Origin: Rhodothermales bacterium
GTDB taxonomy: Bacteria; Bacteroidota; Rhodothermia; Rhodothermales; Bin80
Reading direction: 5' to 3'
DNA length: 64,000 bases
Assembly (NCBI GenBank): GCA_963663495.1
Contig: OY760427.1
Coordinates: 5,586,170 to 5,650,169, forward strand
Below are positions 19,298 through 29,030 of this stretch, piece after piece. A program made the translations under genes and the position numbers. Position 1 is the first letter of the stretch. Each line of letters starts with the position of its first letter. A model generated the notes under the pieces. It was not told the origin of the DNA and did no database searches. It saw only the letters and a program-made list of their open reading frames with translations.

Positions 19298-19433
19298 TTA
19301 GGAAAATTCCGATGCGATGACAGCAGGAACCGCGAAAAACGGTCGCGTACCAAAAAGATGCCATATGAGTCGAAATCTACGCGAAAAGCCCCAGACCGGG
19401 CACCAACTACCCGGCGCTTCGCAATAATGCGGG

Positions 19434-20063
19434 CTAGTCGCCGCGCATTAGACGCAGGCATTCCCCTCTGGTAGACGAATTGCTGAGAAAAATGCCACTC
19501 ATAGCACTAGTGGTAGTGATTGAGTGCTGCTTTTGCACGCCGCGCATCACCATGCAAAGATGTGTTGCTTCCATCACTACCGCCACTCCCCGAGGATTCA
19601 GAGTTTCCTGTATCGCGTCACGAATTTGGACGGTTAGTCGTTCCTGAACCTGCAGGCGGCGGGCAAACGCGTCTACAACCCGTGGAATCTTGCTAAGGCC
19701 AACAATCTTTCCATTAGGGATGTAGGCCACATGGGTCTTGCCGAAGAACGGGAGCAGGTGGTGTTCGCAGAGACTGAACGTTTCGATTCCCCTGACCAGC
19801 ACCATCTCGCTGAAGGCGCCCTCGTAGATGGCACTCTTAATAATGGCTGCCGGCAGGCTGGCGTATCCCTGCAACAGGAACTGGTACGACTTAGCTACGC
19901 GGGCGGGAGTCTTTCGAAGGCCGGGGCGCGCAGGATCCTCACCCAATGCTTCAAGCATCTGCCGTACGTATTCCGATACCTTTTGCGCAACCAAATCCGG
20001 CTGATGTCCTGGTGCAGGAGGCAACGGAGCCGCCTCCTGTCCATCTGAAGGCTTAAGGGCCAT
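19434..20063 (-). CDS. folE: GTP cyclohydrolase I
   Basis: [30 protein letters not shown] and HLCMVMRG motifs. ATG 20063 overlaps the upstream gene end. Confidence 0.95.
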   Translation of the reverse strand: MALKPSDGQEAAPLPPAPGHQPDLVAQKVSEYVRQMLEALGEDPARPGLRKTPARVAKSYQFLLQGYASLPAAIIKSAIYEGAFSEMVLVRGIETFSLCEHHLLPFFGKTHVAYIPNGKIVGLSKIPRVVDAFARRLQVQERLTVQIRDAIQETLNPRGVAVVMEATHLCMVMRGVQKQHSITTTSAMSGIFLSNSSTRGECLRLMRGD

Positions 20064-20466
20064 AGTATTCCACCCAGTTCTTCTCGGTCTCCTGCAGCCT
20101 GATGCGATGGAGTCTGCCATCCGTGAGAGCCGGCTCCAGCTCCTTCCAAAATGCGACAACGAGATTCTCCGTGGAGGGGAGTATGCCGCGCATAAAACCC
20201 ACATCAAGATTCAGGTTCTGGTGGTCGACTTGGTCAACAATGCGTTCCTGAATGACGCGCCCCAGCTCCGCAAGGTCAAGCACATAGCCCGTGTCTGCCG
20301 ACACTTCGCCCGCAACCGTCACTTCCAGCACATAATTGTGGCCGTGCCAATTGGCGTTATTGCACTTGCCGAACGTGGACGCGTTCCAAGATTCGGAACG
20401 CCCCGGATTGTGCAGCCTGTGGGCGGCGTTAAAAGTAGCCCGACGGGTTACGTACACAGTGGGCAT
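20053..20466 (-). CDS. 6-pyruvoyl-tetrahydropterin synthase / QueD family (COG0720)
   Basis: [20 protein letters not shown] (C-X5-HGH), STENL and LQETEKN motifs. Confidence 0.92.
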   Translation of the reverse strand: MPTVYVTRRATFNAAHRLHNPGRSESWNASTFGKCNNANWHGHNYVLEVTVAGEVSADTGYVLDLAELGRVIQERIVDQVDHQNLNLDVGFMRGILPSTENLVVAFWKELEPALTDGRLHRIRLQETEKNWVEYYGP

Positions 20467-20540
20467 AGTAGTGGAAAAGAGAACGCGTGGAACGACCCCC
20501 CAATGCGAATGTTCAGGTTAATTGTTCCTGCTCCGATGTG

Positions 20541-20885
20541 ATGGCCAGTAAGACACTGTTTGAGCGCATCGCGGACCGGGAGATTCCCGCCCGGATCGTG
20601 TACGAGGACGCGCAATGCGTCGCATTCCGGGATATTGCTCCGCAAGCCCCGGTGCATGTTCTCGTCGTTCCACGCCGTCCGCTGCCATCGGTTGCGGCTG
20701 CCACAGAAACGGACAAGAATCTGCTCGGTCATTTAATACTTGTTGCCAGGAACATTGCGGACCAGGAAGATCTGGGAGGTGGCTACCGGCTTGTGGTAAA
20801 CAATGGAGAGGATGGTGGTCAGACGGTAGATCATCTGCATGTGCATCTACTGGGTGGACGCCGTCTGGGATGGCCTCCGGGCTAA
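20541..20885 (+). CDS. Histidine triad (HIT) nucleotide-binding protein
   Basis: FRDIAPQAPVHVLVVP and GQTVDHLHVHLLGGR motifs. Confidence 0.95.
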   Translation: MASKTLFERIADREIPARIVYEDAQCVAFRDIAPQAPVHVLVVPRRPLPSVAAATETDKNLLGHLILVARNIADQEDLGGGYRLVVNNGEDGGQTVDHLHVHLLGGRRLGWPPG

Positions 20886-22855
20886 CGGCGGTTTGGAAGG
20901 GAAGCGCAGCACAAGGGTGGACCTGCGCGGTGCTGACAGTGGCATTCTGGATTGTTCCGGCGGCGGCGCAGACGTATGTGCAGTACGGAAATACCTTTCA
21001 AAGGGAGGTGAACCGATTTAGGTGGACCTCCAGCGTGGACGCAATGGTGCGCAAGGCCCAGTGGCACGCGACGCTCAGAAACCGCTTCGTTTCCGACGCC
21101 TTTTACCGTTTTAACGATAGGCTCCAGTTTCGGGACGAGAATGTGCTTGCTTTGGACGCAGAGCATCGCTTAGGCCCGTATCTCGGCATGGGAATAAGTG
21201 GAGAAACCTCCTGGTTCGGCCTCAGCGAAGTATATTCGCAAGAATTGTACGGAGGGCTGCGTATTCGCCCCACCCCCGCGTTCCTGATAGAGCCGCTCGT
21301 AGGAATGGCGGTGGATAGTAGGCCGGGAGTATCGGCGTCAAGGACGGATGCCGGGCCTGCCTATGGAGGGCGATGGAGGATGGAGGAGCGATCCTTCGGC
21401 GGGTATCGTGTACAGTTGGACGGAACGGGAACATGGCAGAGCATTAATCCACGGCGCGCACACCGCGTCGCGATGGGAGGCCGCATTACGCGCCAGGTTG
21501 CAAGCACCTCCATTAGAACTGCAGTGAGAATGTCCAGCATTCGCCGCGACACGTATCGTGCCGCGTCCTACCTGAACAGGAGCGGCAGTGCCATGCGCGC
21601 GCCTGAGTCTGTTGAGGCTACCACGAGCGACACAGTGGAGGTGCGCTTGCACATTGATGCACCGGTGGCGCGTGGTATCCGGCTACGGGGGACTGCAGAA
21701 GGCATAGTTAACGGAAGGCGAATTCGGACGCACCATGCGACCGGGCAGAGCCTGTTTTTCGAGACGGACTTCAATCGGCGTGCCGTTTTCGCTGACCTTG
21801 GCCTGATCTACGAACGCCGCTACCTGACAGCGAGGCTGGCGATGGAGGCTGGAGCGGCGGCAGAATCACGCAGCTTGGCAAACAGGGATTCACTGCCCGT
21901 AGGGGAAGCTGCTCAGAAGACGGCACTGTTGGCACAGGCGGACTACGATGAAGGGGTTTTTGGTATCAGCACTGCGGTACGCGCACATCTGAGCAAGTTG
22001 ACAACCAGCCTGTTTGTCACGTCAAGAATAGTGCGCCACGACACGCCCGTGGTGAATCAGGACGATCGCGACGAACTGTACCATAATGGTGAGCTGATAT
22101 TCGAGCTATCCATCAACCAGTACCTTCAGGCCAGCCTGACTGTGCTGGGCTCATATTACCACGCGGTCTATCTTCAGGCGGAACGCTCCGCAGACAACTA
22201 TGTGCAGCGCACTCTGCGCATGCGACCATCGGTAGCCTGGACCCCGTCCGCATCTACAACGGTGCGTGCTGTGACCGAGGTACGGGCCACGTATACGGTA
22301 GATGACTTTGTGCTCGCGGGGCGACGGCCCAGTGACCAGTCCGCTCGGGAAATCCGGTTCGAGACACAGGTAGAGCAACGAATGGCCAAAGACCTGCATG
22401 TGCTAGCCGAAGGCAGCTTTGCAGACTTGCACTTGGGACGTCTGCAGTGGGAATCCTTTTCCGAAATACCTTTTGATACGCTACGCACGTATCGGGCATG
22501 GCTGCACATCCGGTCCGGTAGGAAAGTAATTGCTGATATAGGGTGGCGCATTTTCATCCGGTCGGACTATGACCGATCAGCAACCGTCACGTATGCCGGC
22601 GACAACGGCACCCGGCGAACTATTTCGCGACCTGGGCGCCGCCGTATAGATCAGTCCGGCCCGACCGCAGCGATATTGTGGGCGATGGACCGGTCACAGT
22701 TGCGTATAGAGGGATGGCTGAATGTGCAGCATATCCGGTATCGGCTCTTTGGAGAGCTTCCCGGAGACCACAGGATGGCCATCACACAGGCGGCGGATCG
22801 TGGCAGCAGACTTGTGATTCCCAACATCCTGGTAAGCCTGACATGGAACCCGTAG
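20870..22855 (+). CDS. Hypothetical exported protein, probably an outer-membrane beta-barrel
   Basis: Signal-like VLTVAFWIVPAAA/Q followed by amphipathic beta-strand patterns. Start uncertain. Confidence 0.7.
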   Translation: MASGLTAVWKGSAAQGWTCAVLTVAFWIVPAAAQTYVQYGNTFQREVNRFRWTSSVDAMVRKAQWHATLRNRFVSDAFYRFNDRLQFRDENVLALDAEHRLGPYLGMGISGETSWFGLSEVYSQELYGGLRIRPTPAFLIEPLVGMAVDSRPGVSASRTDAGPAYGGRWRMEERSFGGYRVQLDGTGTWQSINPRRAHRVAMGGRITRQVASTSIRTAVRMSSIRRDTYRAASYLNRSGSAMRAPESVEATTSDTVEVRLHIDAPVARGIRLRGTAEGIVNGRRIRTHHATGQSLFFETDFNRRAVFADLGLIYERRYLTARLAMEAGAAAESRSLANRDSLPVGEAAQKTALLAQADYDEGVFGISTAVRAHLSKLTTSLFVTSRIVRHDTPVVNQDDRDELYHNGELIFELSINQYLQASLTVLGSYYHAVYLQAERSADNYVQRTLRMRPSVAWTPSASTTVRAVTEVRATYTVDDFVLAGRRPSDQSAREIRFETQVEQRMAKDLHVLAEGSFADLHLGRLQWESFSEIPFDTLRTYRAWLHIRSGRKVIADIGWRIFIRSDYDRSATVTYAGDNGTRRTISRPGRRRIDQSGPTAAILWAMDRSQLRIEGWLNVQHIRYRLFGELPGDHRMAITQAADRGSRLVIPNILVSLTWNP

Positions 22856-23466
22856 CCTTTCCCCCCAGGACCCTGGGTGTCACCGGTGGCATCGGGTCGG
22901 GCAAGAGCACCGTGTGTCGGATGCTCGCGGACCTCGGGGCAGTCGTATTCCACGCAGATGAAGTAGCGCGCGCGTTAATGGAGGTTGACACCGATGTGCG
23001 GAGTGAGGTGGTGGATGCGTTCGGGCCGGCATGCTACAGGCGCAATGGACACCTGAATAGAGCCTACCTGGGGGGCGTAGTATTCGGTTCCAGAGCCCTC
23101 ATACGTCAACTGAATGCGATCGTCCACCCGCGCGTAGGTCAGGAATTTCGTCGAATGCACAGGCACCTGAGGGCGCCGCTCCTGGTTCATGAGGCGGCGT
23201 TGATTTACGAGTCGGGCGCGGACGCACACCTGGACATGGTCGCCGTAGTAGATGCACCATTGGAGGAGCGCTACAACCGTGTACACCGCCGCGACGGGTT
23301 GTCACGTGAAGCGATTTGCGCGCGAATGCAGCATCAAATGCCGCGTTGTGACCTTCTGCGACGTGCAGATCTGGTGGTCAACAACAGCGGCACTCTCAGT
23401 GACCTGCGGCACGAGGCAGCGGTGCTGTTCAAAGCCGCTACGTGCCCGCTACCACCGGTAGCGTAA
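22843..23466 (+). CDS. coaE: Dephospho-CoA kinase
   Basis: LGVTGGIGSGKSTV, LNRAYLG, IVHPRV and ARMQHQ motifs. Confidence 0.95.
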   Translation: MEPVAFPPRTLGVTGGIGSGKSTVCRMLADLGAVVFHADEVARALMEVDTDVRSEVVDAFGPACYRRNGHLNRAYLGGVVFGSRALIRQLNAIVHPRVGQEFRRMHRHLRAPLLVHEAALIYESGADAHLDMVAVVDAPLEERYNRVHRRDGLSREAICARMQHQMPRCDLLRRADLVVNNSGTLSDLRHEAAVLFKAATCPLPPVA

Positions 23467-24484
23467 AGCCGAACGTGGAGCCGCTCCCGGGATGACTCTT
23501 AACCCTCAATTGTCTGTCGTGAGCCCCTAGAATATGCTTCACAATGGTGAGTCCCAGCCCCGTGCCCCCCAAACTCCTGGACCGGCTATTATCTATCCGG
23601 AAGAAGCGATCCGTGAGCCTATCCATGTGCTCTGGAGCAATGCCGATCCCGCTGTCTACCACATGGACGGAAATCAGGCCATTGGGCACCAGGCGGGCAA
23701 TAATCTCCACACGCCCGCCGGGCCGGTTGTACTTGATCGCATTGTCCAGGAGGTTGCTCAATACCTGACCGATCCGGTCGCTGTCTCCCATGACCGGAGG
23801 AAGCCCGTCGGGGATATTCTGGTGCACCGTAATCCGCATAGAGGCTGCCTGCCCCTCAAGCCCCTCAATCACACGCCCGGCAACCTGACGCAAGCTGAAC
23901 GGCCTGGGGATCATGGCTAGCTCGCCGGATTCAATTCGAGCAACCTCTCCGAGATCTTCCGCCAGGTTTTCCAGCCGCTGAGCGTTCCTCTGGATCTTCT
24001 CCACAAACGGGCGCCGCACATTTGCGTCCTGGAGCGCACCGGATAGCAACGTATCCGCAAAGCCCTTAATCGAAAAGATGGGTGTGCGCAGCTCATGCGA
24101 TACATTGCCCAGAAACTCACGCCGATAGTTTGCCATGCGTTCCAGATCGTGAATCTGCCGCTCAACCCCGCGGCCGGTAACATAAAGTTGTGCCAGTAGC
24201 GCGGACAATTCGTCATGGTTGTCGGCGGGGATCGCATCCAGCATCCGGAAGTCTGAAGCCCGGATGCGGAGCAGCGTCCGGTGCGCGAGGCTAATGCGAC
24301 GAGCGAGAAGCTTCCACGTGAAGGCATAAGCGGCAGCTCCGATGAAAACATCCGCCCCAATTATTCCCCACAGCGGCAGTCCGCCACCAAGAAGTGCTAG
24401 TACCGCCATCACCGCAGCAGCGCATACCGCTACCCGCCAGGCGATGCGTAGCGAAAGCAGGTGAGCTCGCTTGGTGGCCGGCAT
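23438..24484 (-). CDS. Sensor histidine kinase (PhoR-like)
   Basis: Two TM segments; FLGNVSHELRTP, NLLDNAIKY, DSGIGI, FFRID and GGTGLGL motifs. Confidence 0.92.
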   Translation of the reverse strand: MPATKRAHLLSLRIAWRVAVCAAAVMAVLALLGGGLPLWGIIGADVFIGAAAYAFTWKLLARRISLAHRTLLRIRASDFRMLDAIPADNHDELSALLAQLYVTGRGVERQIHDLERMANYRREFLGNVSHELRTPIFSIKGFADTLLSGALQDANVRRPFVEKIQRNAQRLENLAEDLGEVARIESGELAMIPRPFSLRQVAGRVIEGLEGQAASMRITVHQNIPDGLPPVMGDSDRIGQVLSNLLDNAIKYNRPGGRVEIIARLVPNGLISVHVVDSGIGIAPEHMDRLTDRFFRIDNSRSRSLGGTGLGLTIVKHILGAHDRQLRVKSHPGSGSTFGFTLPVVAGT

Positions 24485-24493
24485 CGGGTGCTA

Positions 24494-25216
24494 CTAACGG
24501 TGTTCGGCAAACTTGTAGCCTACACCCTTGACGGTGACAATGAAGCTTGCAGCGAGCTTCTCACGGATCTTGCGGACATGAACATCCACGGTGCGATCCG
24601 AAGGATATGCCTGCGTGCCCCAGACATGGTCCAGCAATTCAGCCCGACCAAAGACCCTTCCAGGATGGCTGGCCAGGAAGAAAAGAAGCTCAAACTCCAT
24701 GCGAGGGAATCGAATCTCTTTTTTGTGACCGTCCTGGAACCGGTACACCATATACTTATCACGGTCAATCTCCAAGTCGTGGATCGCAAGGATGGAGCGA
24801 GGCTTCTCGTGCCGTTCTATCCCCCGTATCAGTGCTCGAGCCTGTGAAACGATCACGCGCGTTGGCGTAGATTTCGAAAGGTAGCTGTCCGCACCCACAT
24901 CAAGGCCACGAATCTGGTCCTCCTCCCCCGATAGGGCTGTGAGGATCAGAATTGGAATGTGACGGAGTCGTGCATCGCGTCGAAAGTGATGGCATGCGTC
25001 CAAGCCGTTCAGCCGGGGCATCAGAACATCAAGCATCACTAGGTCCGGGGGGGATCGCCGCGCGTGATCCAAAGCCTCCTGACCATCACGCGCTGTGTCC
25101 ACGGTAAAACCATCGCGCTCAAAGTTGTACGTCAGCAGATCAAGAATATCCTGCTCGTCGTCAACGATTAGTATCCGCGATGCTTTTCTGGTCTTAATCT
25201 TGGAGTGCACAACCAA
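24494..25216 (-). CDS. OmpR/PhoB-family response regulator
   Basis: [28 protein letters not shown] and TVKGVGY motifs. Confidence 0.95.
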   Translation of the reverse strand: MVVHSKIKTRKASRILIVDDEQDILDLLTYNFERDGFTVDTARDGQEALDHARRSPPDLVMLDVLMPRLNGLDACHHFRRDARLRHIPILILTALSGEEDQIRGLDVGADSYLSKSTPTRVIVSQARALIRGIERHEKPRSILAIHDLEIDRDKYMVYRFQDGHKKEIRFPRMEFELLFFLASHPGRVFGRAELLDHVWGTQAYPSDRTVDVHVRKIREKLAASFIVTVKGVGYKFAEHR

Positions 25217-25255
25217 CAGTACTGAATGCGGGAGCTACTGAACGTAAGGGTTGCA

Positions 25256-26614
25256 CTACTGCGCTTTAACCAAGACACGGGATTCCCTTCGTCCACCGAG
25301 CTCAAGATGTACCACATAGGTGCTAAGGGCGATATTTGGTGCATTCCAAGGTATAATGTGGCTTCCGGCGCCAAGGAGGCGGTCGGCCAACACGACAACC
25401 TCGCGGCCTAGCATGTCGTGGATCGACAGCCGTACATGTCCGGCGAAAGAAAGGGATAGGGGTATAGTAATGTTACTCCTGAACGGATTTGGATATCCGG
25501 ATCCGAGAGCAACGTGATGCCTGGCAATGTCGGAAGTAGCACTTACCACATCTTCGCTTATCTGCAAGACGAGATGCGTAGGGGCTATCCCTGCCTCAAT
25601 GGTATGTTGCACACCCCCGAATTCATCGTGCTGGGTGATGAATCCGGCGCCGCTGAAGCTCGGAATGCGTGCCGCATACAAACGGTTACTATCGCCATCA
25701 TAGGCGATAGCTCCGACAGGTGTGTCGCCTTCAAGCTGCACGGATACAGTGGCGGTATGCGTAGCGGTATCGAATATAATCACTTGTGTCTCCTTCACAT
25801 CGGTACCAAGTGCAGGGCCTTGTAGCAACACGGCGCGACCGGCCGCACGTGACATATAGCTGTCCTGGCCCAACGAGGCGGCCCCAACCTGCCCTTCAAG
25901 CGGAATGCTGTCCACTAGCATGCCCGTAGCTCCATCAAGGATCGTTACCCCACCATTTGTTGTCTCCAAGACCTCTGTAAAGGTGTCGTTCCACACCGTA
26001 TTGCCGGTGCAAAACACCCATACTTCCTCTTCTGCGTCTACTTCCAAGTGCCGCGGCCCGTCACACCCTACGTCAATAGTCTCAATAACCGTGTCCGTTT
26101 CCGTGTTAATGACCGTAACTGTTGAGTCAGACCCGAAGCCGGAGTTGGCCACGTAAGCCCTTGTACCTACGATTGCAATGTCCTCGGGATTTGACCCTAC
26201 GGGAATCGTACCCGTTCTGGTAAGGCCGCTAAGGTCAAGAACGGTCACAGACTCGGAGTAAAGGTTGGACACGTAAGCTTTACCCCCAGGGGCAATAGCA
26301 ATGTAGCGAGGAGAAGCTATATTCGGAATCTGTCCTGCCCGCATCCGGGAAGTCGCGTCTACGATGTCAATAGCACCGGATGTGTTGGAAGCGATGTACA
26401 GGTAGCCCTCGTGCAGCGTCATACTTTGTACCAGTGTGCCAAAATTCTCCAGCACCGTCGTCGTCTGCATTGTGGCCGCATCGTAAACCATTAATGATCC
26501 GTTACCATCGGAAAAATTGCCCTGATTGCCTATCCAGACATGGGTTACGTCTTGTGCCACTGCGATGGTGGCCGTTAAGATGGCCGCCAGAAAACCTGTG
26601 TGAATTCTATTCAT
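25256..26614 (-). CDS. YncE/BtuG-like beta-propeller protein with a T9SS sorting domain
   Basis: Signal peptide, IGNQGNFSDGNGSL, propeller repeats (AYVSNL, AYVANS) and C-terminal GYPNPF...YVVHLE. Confidence 0.8.
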   Translation of the reverse strand: MNRIHTGFLAAILTATIAVAQDVTHVWIGNQGNFSDGNGSLMVYDAATMQTTTVLENFGTLVQSMTLHEGYLYIASNTSGAIDIVDATSRMRAGQIPNIASPRYIAIAPGGKAYVSNLYSESVTVLDLSGLTRTGTIPVGSNPEDIAIVGTRAYVANSGFGSDSTVTVINTETDTVIETIDVGCDGPRHLEVDAEEEVWVFCTGNTVWNDTFTEVLETTNGGVTILDGATGMLVDSIPLEGQVGAASLGQDSYMSRAAGRAVLLQGPALGTDVKETQVIIFDTATHTATVSVQLEGDTPVGAIAYDGDSNRLYAARIPSFSGAGFITQHDEFGGVQHTIEAGIAPTHLVLQISEDVVSATSDIARHHVALGSGYPNPFRSNITIPLSLSFAGHVRLSIHDMLGREVVVLADRLLGAGSHIIPWNAPNIALSTYVVHLELGGRRESRVLVKAQ

Positions 26615-26617
26615 GGA

Positions 26618-28489
26618 TTAGTAAAGTTTGAGAATGCACTCCAGTTGCCACATCCTGGGCGGCATGGGGCTATTAGGAGTATATTCATACGCAACGTTGA
26701 GGGCATTATTGGTGCGCAGTGTAAGAGTAGTGGATGTCAGCGTGCCACCGAGGTGGAGGCTCAACGTGGCGTTCATGATAGCAAATTGCGGGAGAAGGAT
26801 GGCATCGTCAATGGTGACAGCACGTTCGCCGATGATGAGAGTGGATATGCCGACGGTCCATGGGCCTGCTATGCCTTCCACATGCGTCTTGAGCTGGTTC
26901 CTGGGCACAAGGCGAACCCGTCGCGCACCATTTGCCCCGGGTATGCGGCTATCGGTGAAGGAGACTATGGACCGAACCCTCACATCCAGCCACTGGACTA
27001 ATGGCGCCTGCCAAGTGCCGGAAGCCTCCATCCCTGTGCCCAAGAGACGTTCAACGTTGGCGGGCGACCAGTAGCCTTCGGAAGTCGGTTGCCATACGAT
27101 CTGGTTGGTAAACAGAGAGGCAAATGCGGACACCTCGACTGCGTTCCGATCTTTTTGCCAGCGGGCACCCATGTCGTAGGACCATCCCCGCTCGGGCAAC
27201 AGGTCTGGATTGCCACCGGGGCGCCAGTACAAATCGTTGAACGTGGGCATTCGGAAGGCTCGCCCGGCAGACACCTTTACGTGGAGCCGTTGGGCTACAC
27301 GTAGATTGGCCCCAAGGCGCGGGTTGACGGCCTGCCGTTCGGCGTAGTAATCCAGCCGCAGGGCGGGGTACAAACGCAAGGGTCCATAGGTGCCTGTCGC
27401 GCTCATAAATGCCGCGCCGCGCCACTGGTGTGCCTCAAGGCGCGGGTGCCTGGCACGCGCATATCCTGCAGAAATCCCTGCACCAATCTGCCAAACCGCG
27501 CCTTCTGCCGTGCGTATTTCAGCATCAAACGAAGAGACAACAGTCCGTCCGGTATCGTCAATCAAGAGCATGGGGTTAACATAGCGTAGCATGCCGCGCT
27601 GCAGCAGACCGCTGACTTGCAGCGTAGCGCGCCCCAAGGGCCTCTCGCCCGCGACCCACAGGCGGGCGTGACGGTCCCATTGCCGTTCACGACGATGCTG
27701 AAATGTATGAACCGATGGAAGTCCGCGCTCAGCATTGCTGAGCCAGCCGGCCAAGCGGAGGCTGCGGTCGGCTTCCCCCCAGCGCAGGGTACCATAAATT
27801 GAGTTGCGCCGCTGATCTCCTCCGCGCCGACTTACCGCGCGGGGAGGGAAGTGGGCTAGGCTAACGTATTCGTAGTCGCCCTCATCGCCATATAACTCTG
27901 CAGCAAGAGAGGCATGTATCCTTCCTTGTTGTGTAGAGGCTATGAATGCACCGGTCCGCCTTCCGAAAGACCCGGCGGCCGTACGTACTTCAATCCCGGT
28001 AGGTGAAGCACCTGTACGCAGGTTCACGACCCCGGCCATGGCGCCTGTGCCAAACATGGATGCCCCGGTACCGGAAACGATTTCCACCGACGACAGCACA
28101 ATGGTCGGCAAAAGAGACAGGTCCACCTGTCCAAGCTGCGGGCTTGCAATTGAATGCCCGTCCAGCAGAACGGCAGTCTGCGAAGCGCCCGCCCCACGCT
28201 GCGATATGGAAGCTAAGCCGGATCCATACCTCCGTATGTACAACGTAGTGTAGTCGGAAAGCAGGTCCGCAACCGCTGTCGACTGCTTTGCATCCAGGAC
28301 TGTCAGGCGCATCGGAACCTGTAGCAGCGCCGAAGGGAGGCGCGTGGCTGTTACGGTGATCTGCGGGAGCACATACGTGGAGTCCTGCGCTGTGACAGGG
28401 CGCGGAAGAAATAATGCCAGGAATCCGAAAACACAAAGAAGGAGCCAAGCTCCGGGCTTCCCGCGTGTTTCTATGATGAGTATGCGCAT
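26618..28489 (-). CDS. TonB-dependent receptor (BtuB-like)
   Basis: ITVTATR plug start, RGAGASQTAVLLDG, FRMPTFNDLYW, GNPDLLPE and a C-terminal aromatic residue. Confidence 0.88.
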   Translation of the reverse strand: MRILIIETRGKPGAWLLLCVFGFLALFLPRPVTAQDSTYVLPQITVTATRLPSALLQVPMRLTVLDAKQSTAVADLLSDYTTLYIRRYGSGLASISQRGAGASQTAVLLDGHSIASPQLGQVDLSLLPTIVLSSVEIVSGTGASMFGTGAMAGVVNLRTGASPTGIEVRTAAGSFGRRTGAFIASTQQGRIHASLAAELYGDEGDYEYVSLAHFPPRAVSRRGGDQRRNSIYGTLRWGEADRSLRLAGWLSNAERGLPSVHTFQHRRERQWDRHARLWVAGERPLGRATLQVSGLLQRGMLRYVNPMLLIDDTGRTVVSSFDAEIRTAEGAVWQIGAGISAGYARARHPRLEAHQWRGAAFMSATGTYGPLRLYPALRLDYYAERQAVNPRLGANLRVAQRLHVKVSAGRAFRMPTFNDLYWRPGGNPDLLPERGWSYDMGARWQKDRNAVEVSAFASLFTNQIVWQPTSEGYWSPANVERLLGTGMEASGTWQAPLVQWLDVRVRSIVSFTDSRIPGANGARRVRLVPRNQLKTHVEGIAGPWTVGISTLIIGERAVTIDDAILLPQFAIMNATLSLHLGGTLTSTTLTLRTNNALNVAYEYTPNSPMPPRMWQLECILKLY

Positions 28490-28632
28490 GCCGCTGCCAC
28501 AGAATAACTTCCCAGCCACCAGGAACAACGACACACCACATGCGGCTGACCGGGTATACATTGGTGCAACCTTGCAAGTTAGCGAATCGGGCGCGTATCT
28601 TGGACTATTTTGTGACCGAACATCCACCCGTC

Positions 28633-28986
28633 ATGCGTACACAGCCATTTTCCCGTCGAGACTTTCTGCAAAAGCTTGCGGCGCTGGGTACCGCCGGCGG
28701 TATCGTGGCCTGTGCGGACACCCCCCAGGAAACTCTGGAGCCTGAATCGAAAGGTGCAGTCGACACTTTTGCGTGTACCCATACCACAGGACTCACGGAG
28801 GTTGAGGTGCAGGCTCGCACCGCGTTGGAGTATGTCGACTCTACGCCAATACAGGGCAAGACGTGCGACAATTGCGCCTTGTACGTTGAGCCGGTTGCAG
28901 GCACCCAGTGCGGGACCTGCCTGACAGTGAAGGGCCCTGTGCATCCCAAGGGCTACTGCAACATCTGGGCAGCGTTGCCGGCCTAG
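28633..28986 (+). CDS. High-potential iron-sulfur protein (HiPIP) with a Tat/lipoprotein signal
   Basis: SRRDFL twin-arginine motif, IVAC lipobox and the Cys pattern CDNC...C...GYCNIW. Confidence 0.9.
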   Translation: MRTQPFSRRDFLQKLAALGTAGGIVACADTPQETLEPESKGAVDTFACTHTTGLTEVEVQARTALEYVDSTPIQGKTCDNCALYVEPVAGTQCGTCLTVKGPVHPKGYCNIWAALPA

Positions 28987-29030
28987 GAGGCATCAGCACG
29001 GTCACGGCTCTGGCTCGAAGCAAACCTACC

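Noticed and set aside
28490-28632. Cobalamin riboswitch upstream of the BtuB-like gene
   Set aside because: The spacer is short and I could not find the conserved B12-box elements.
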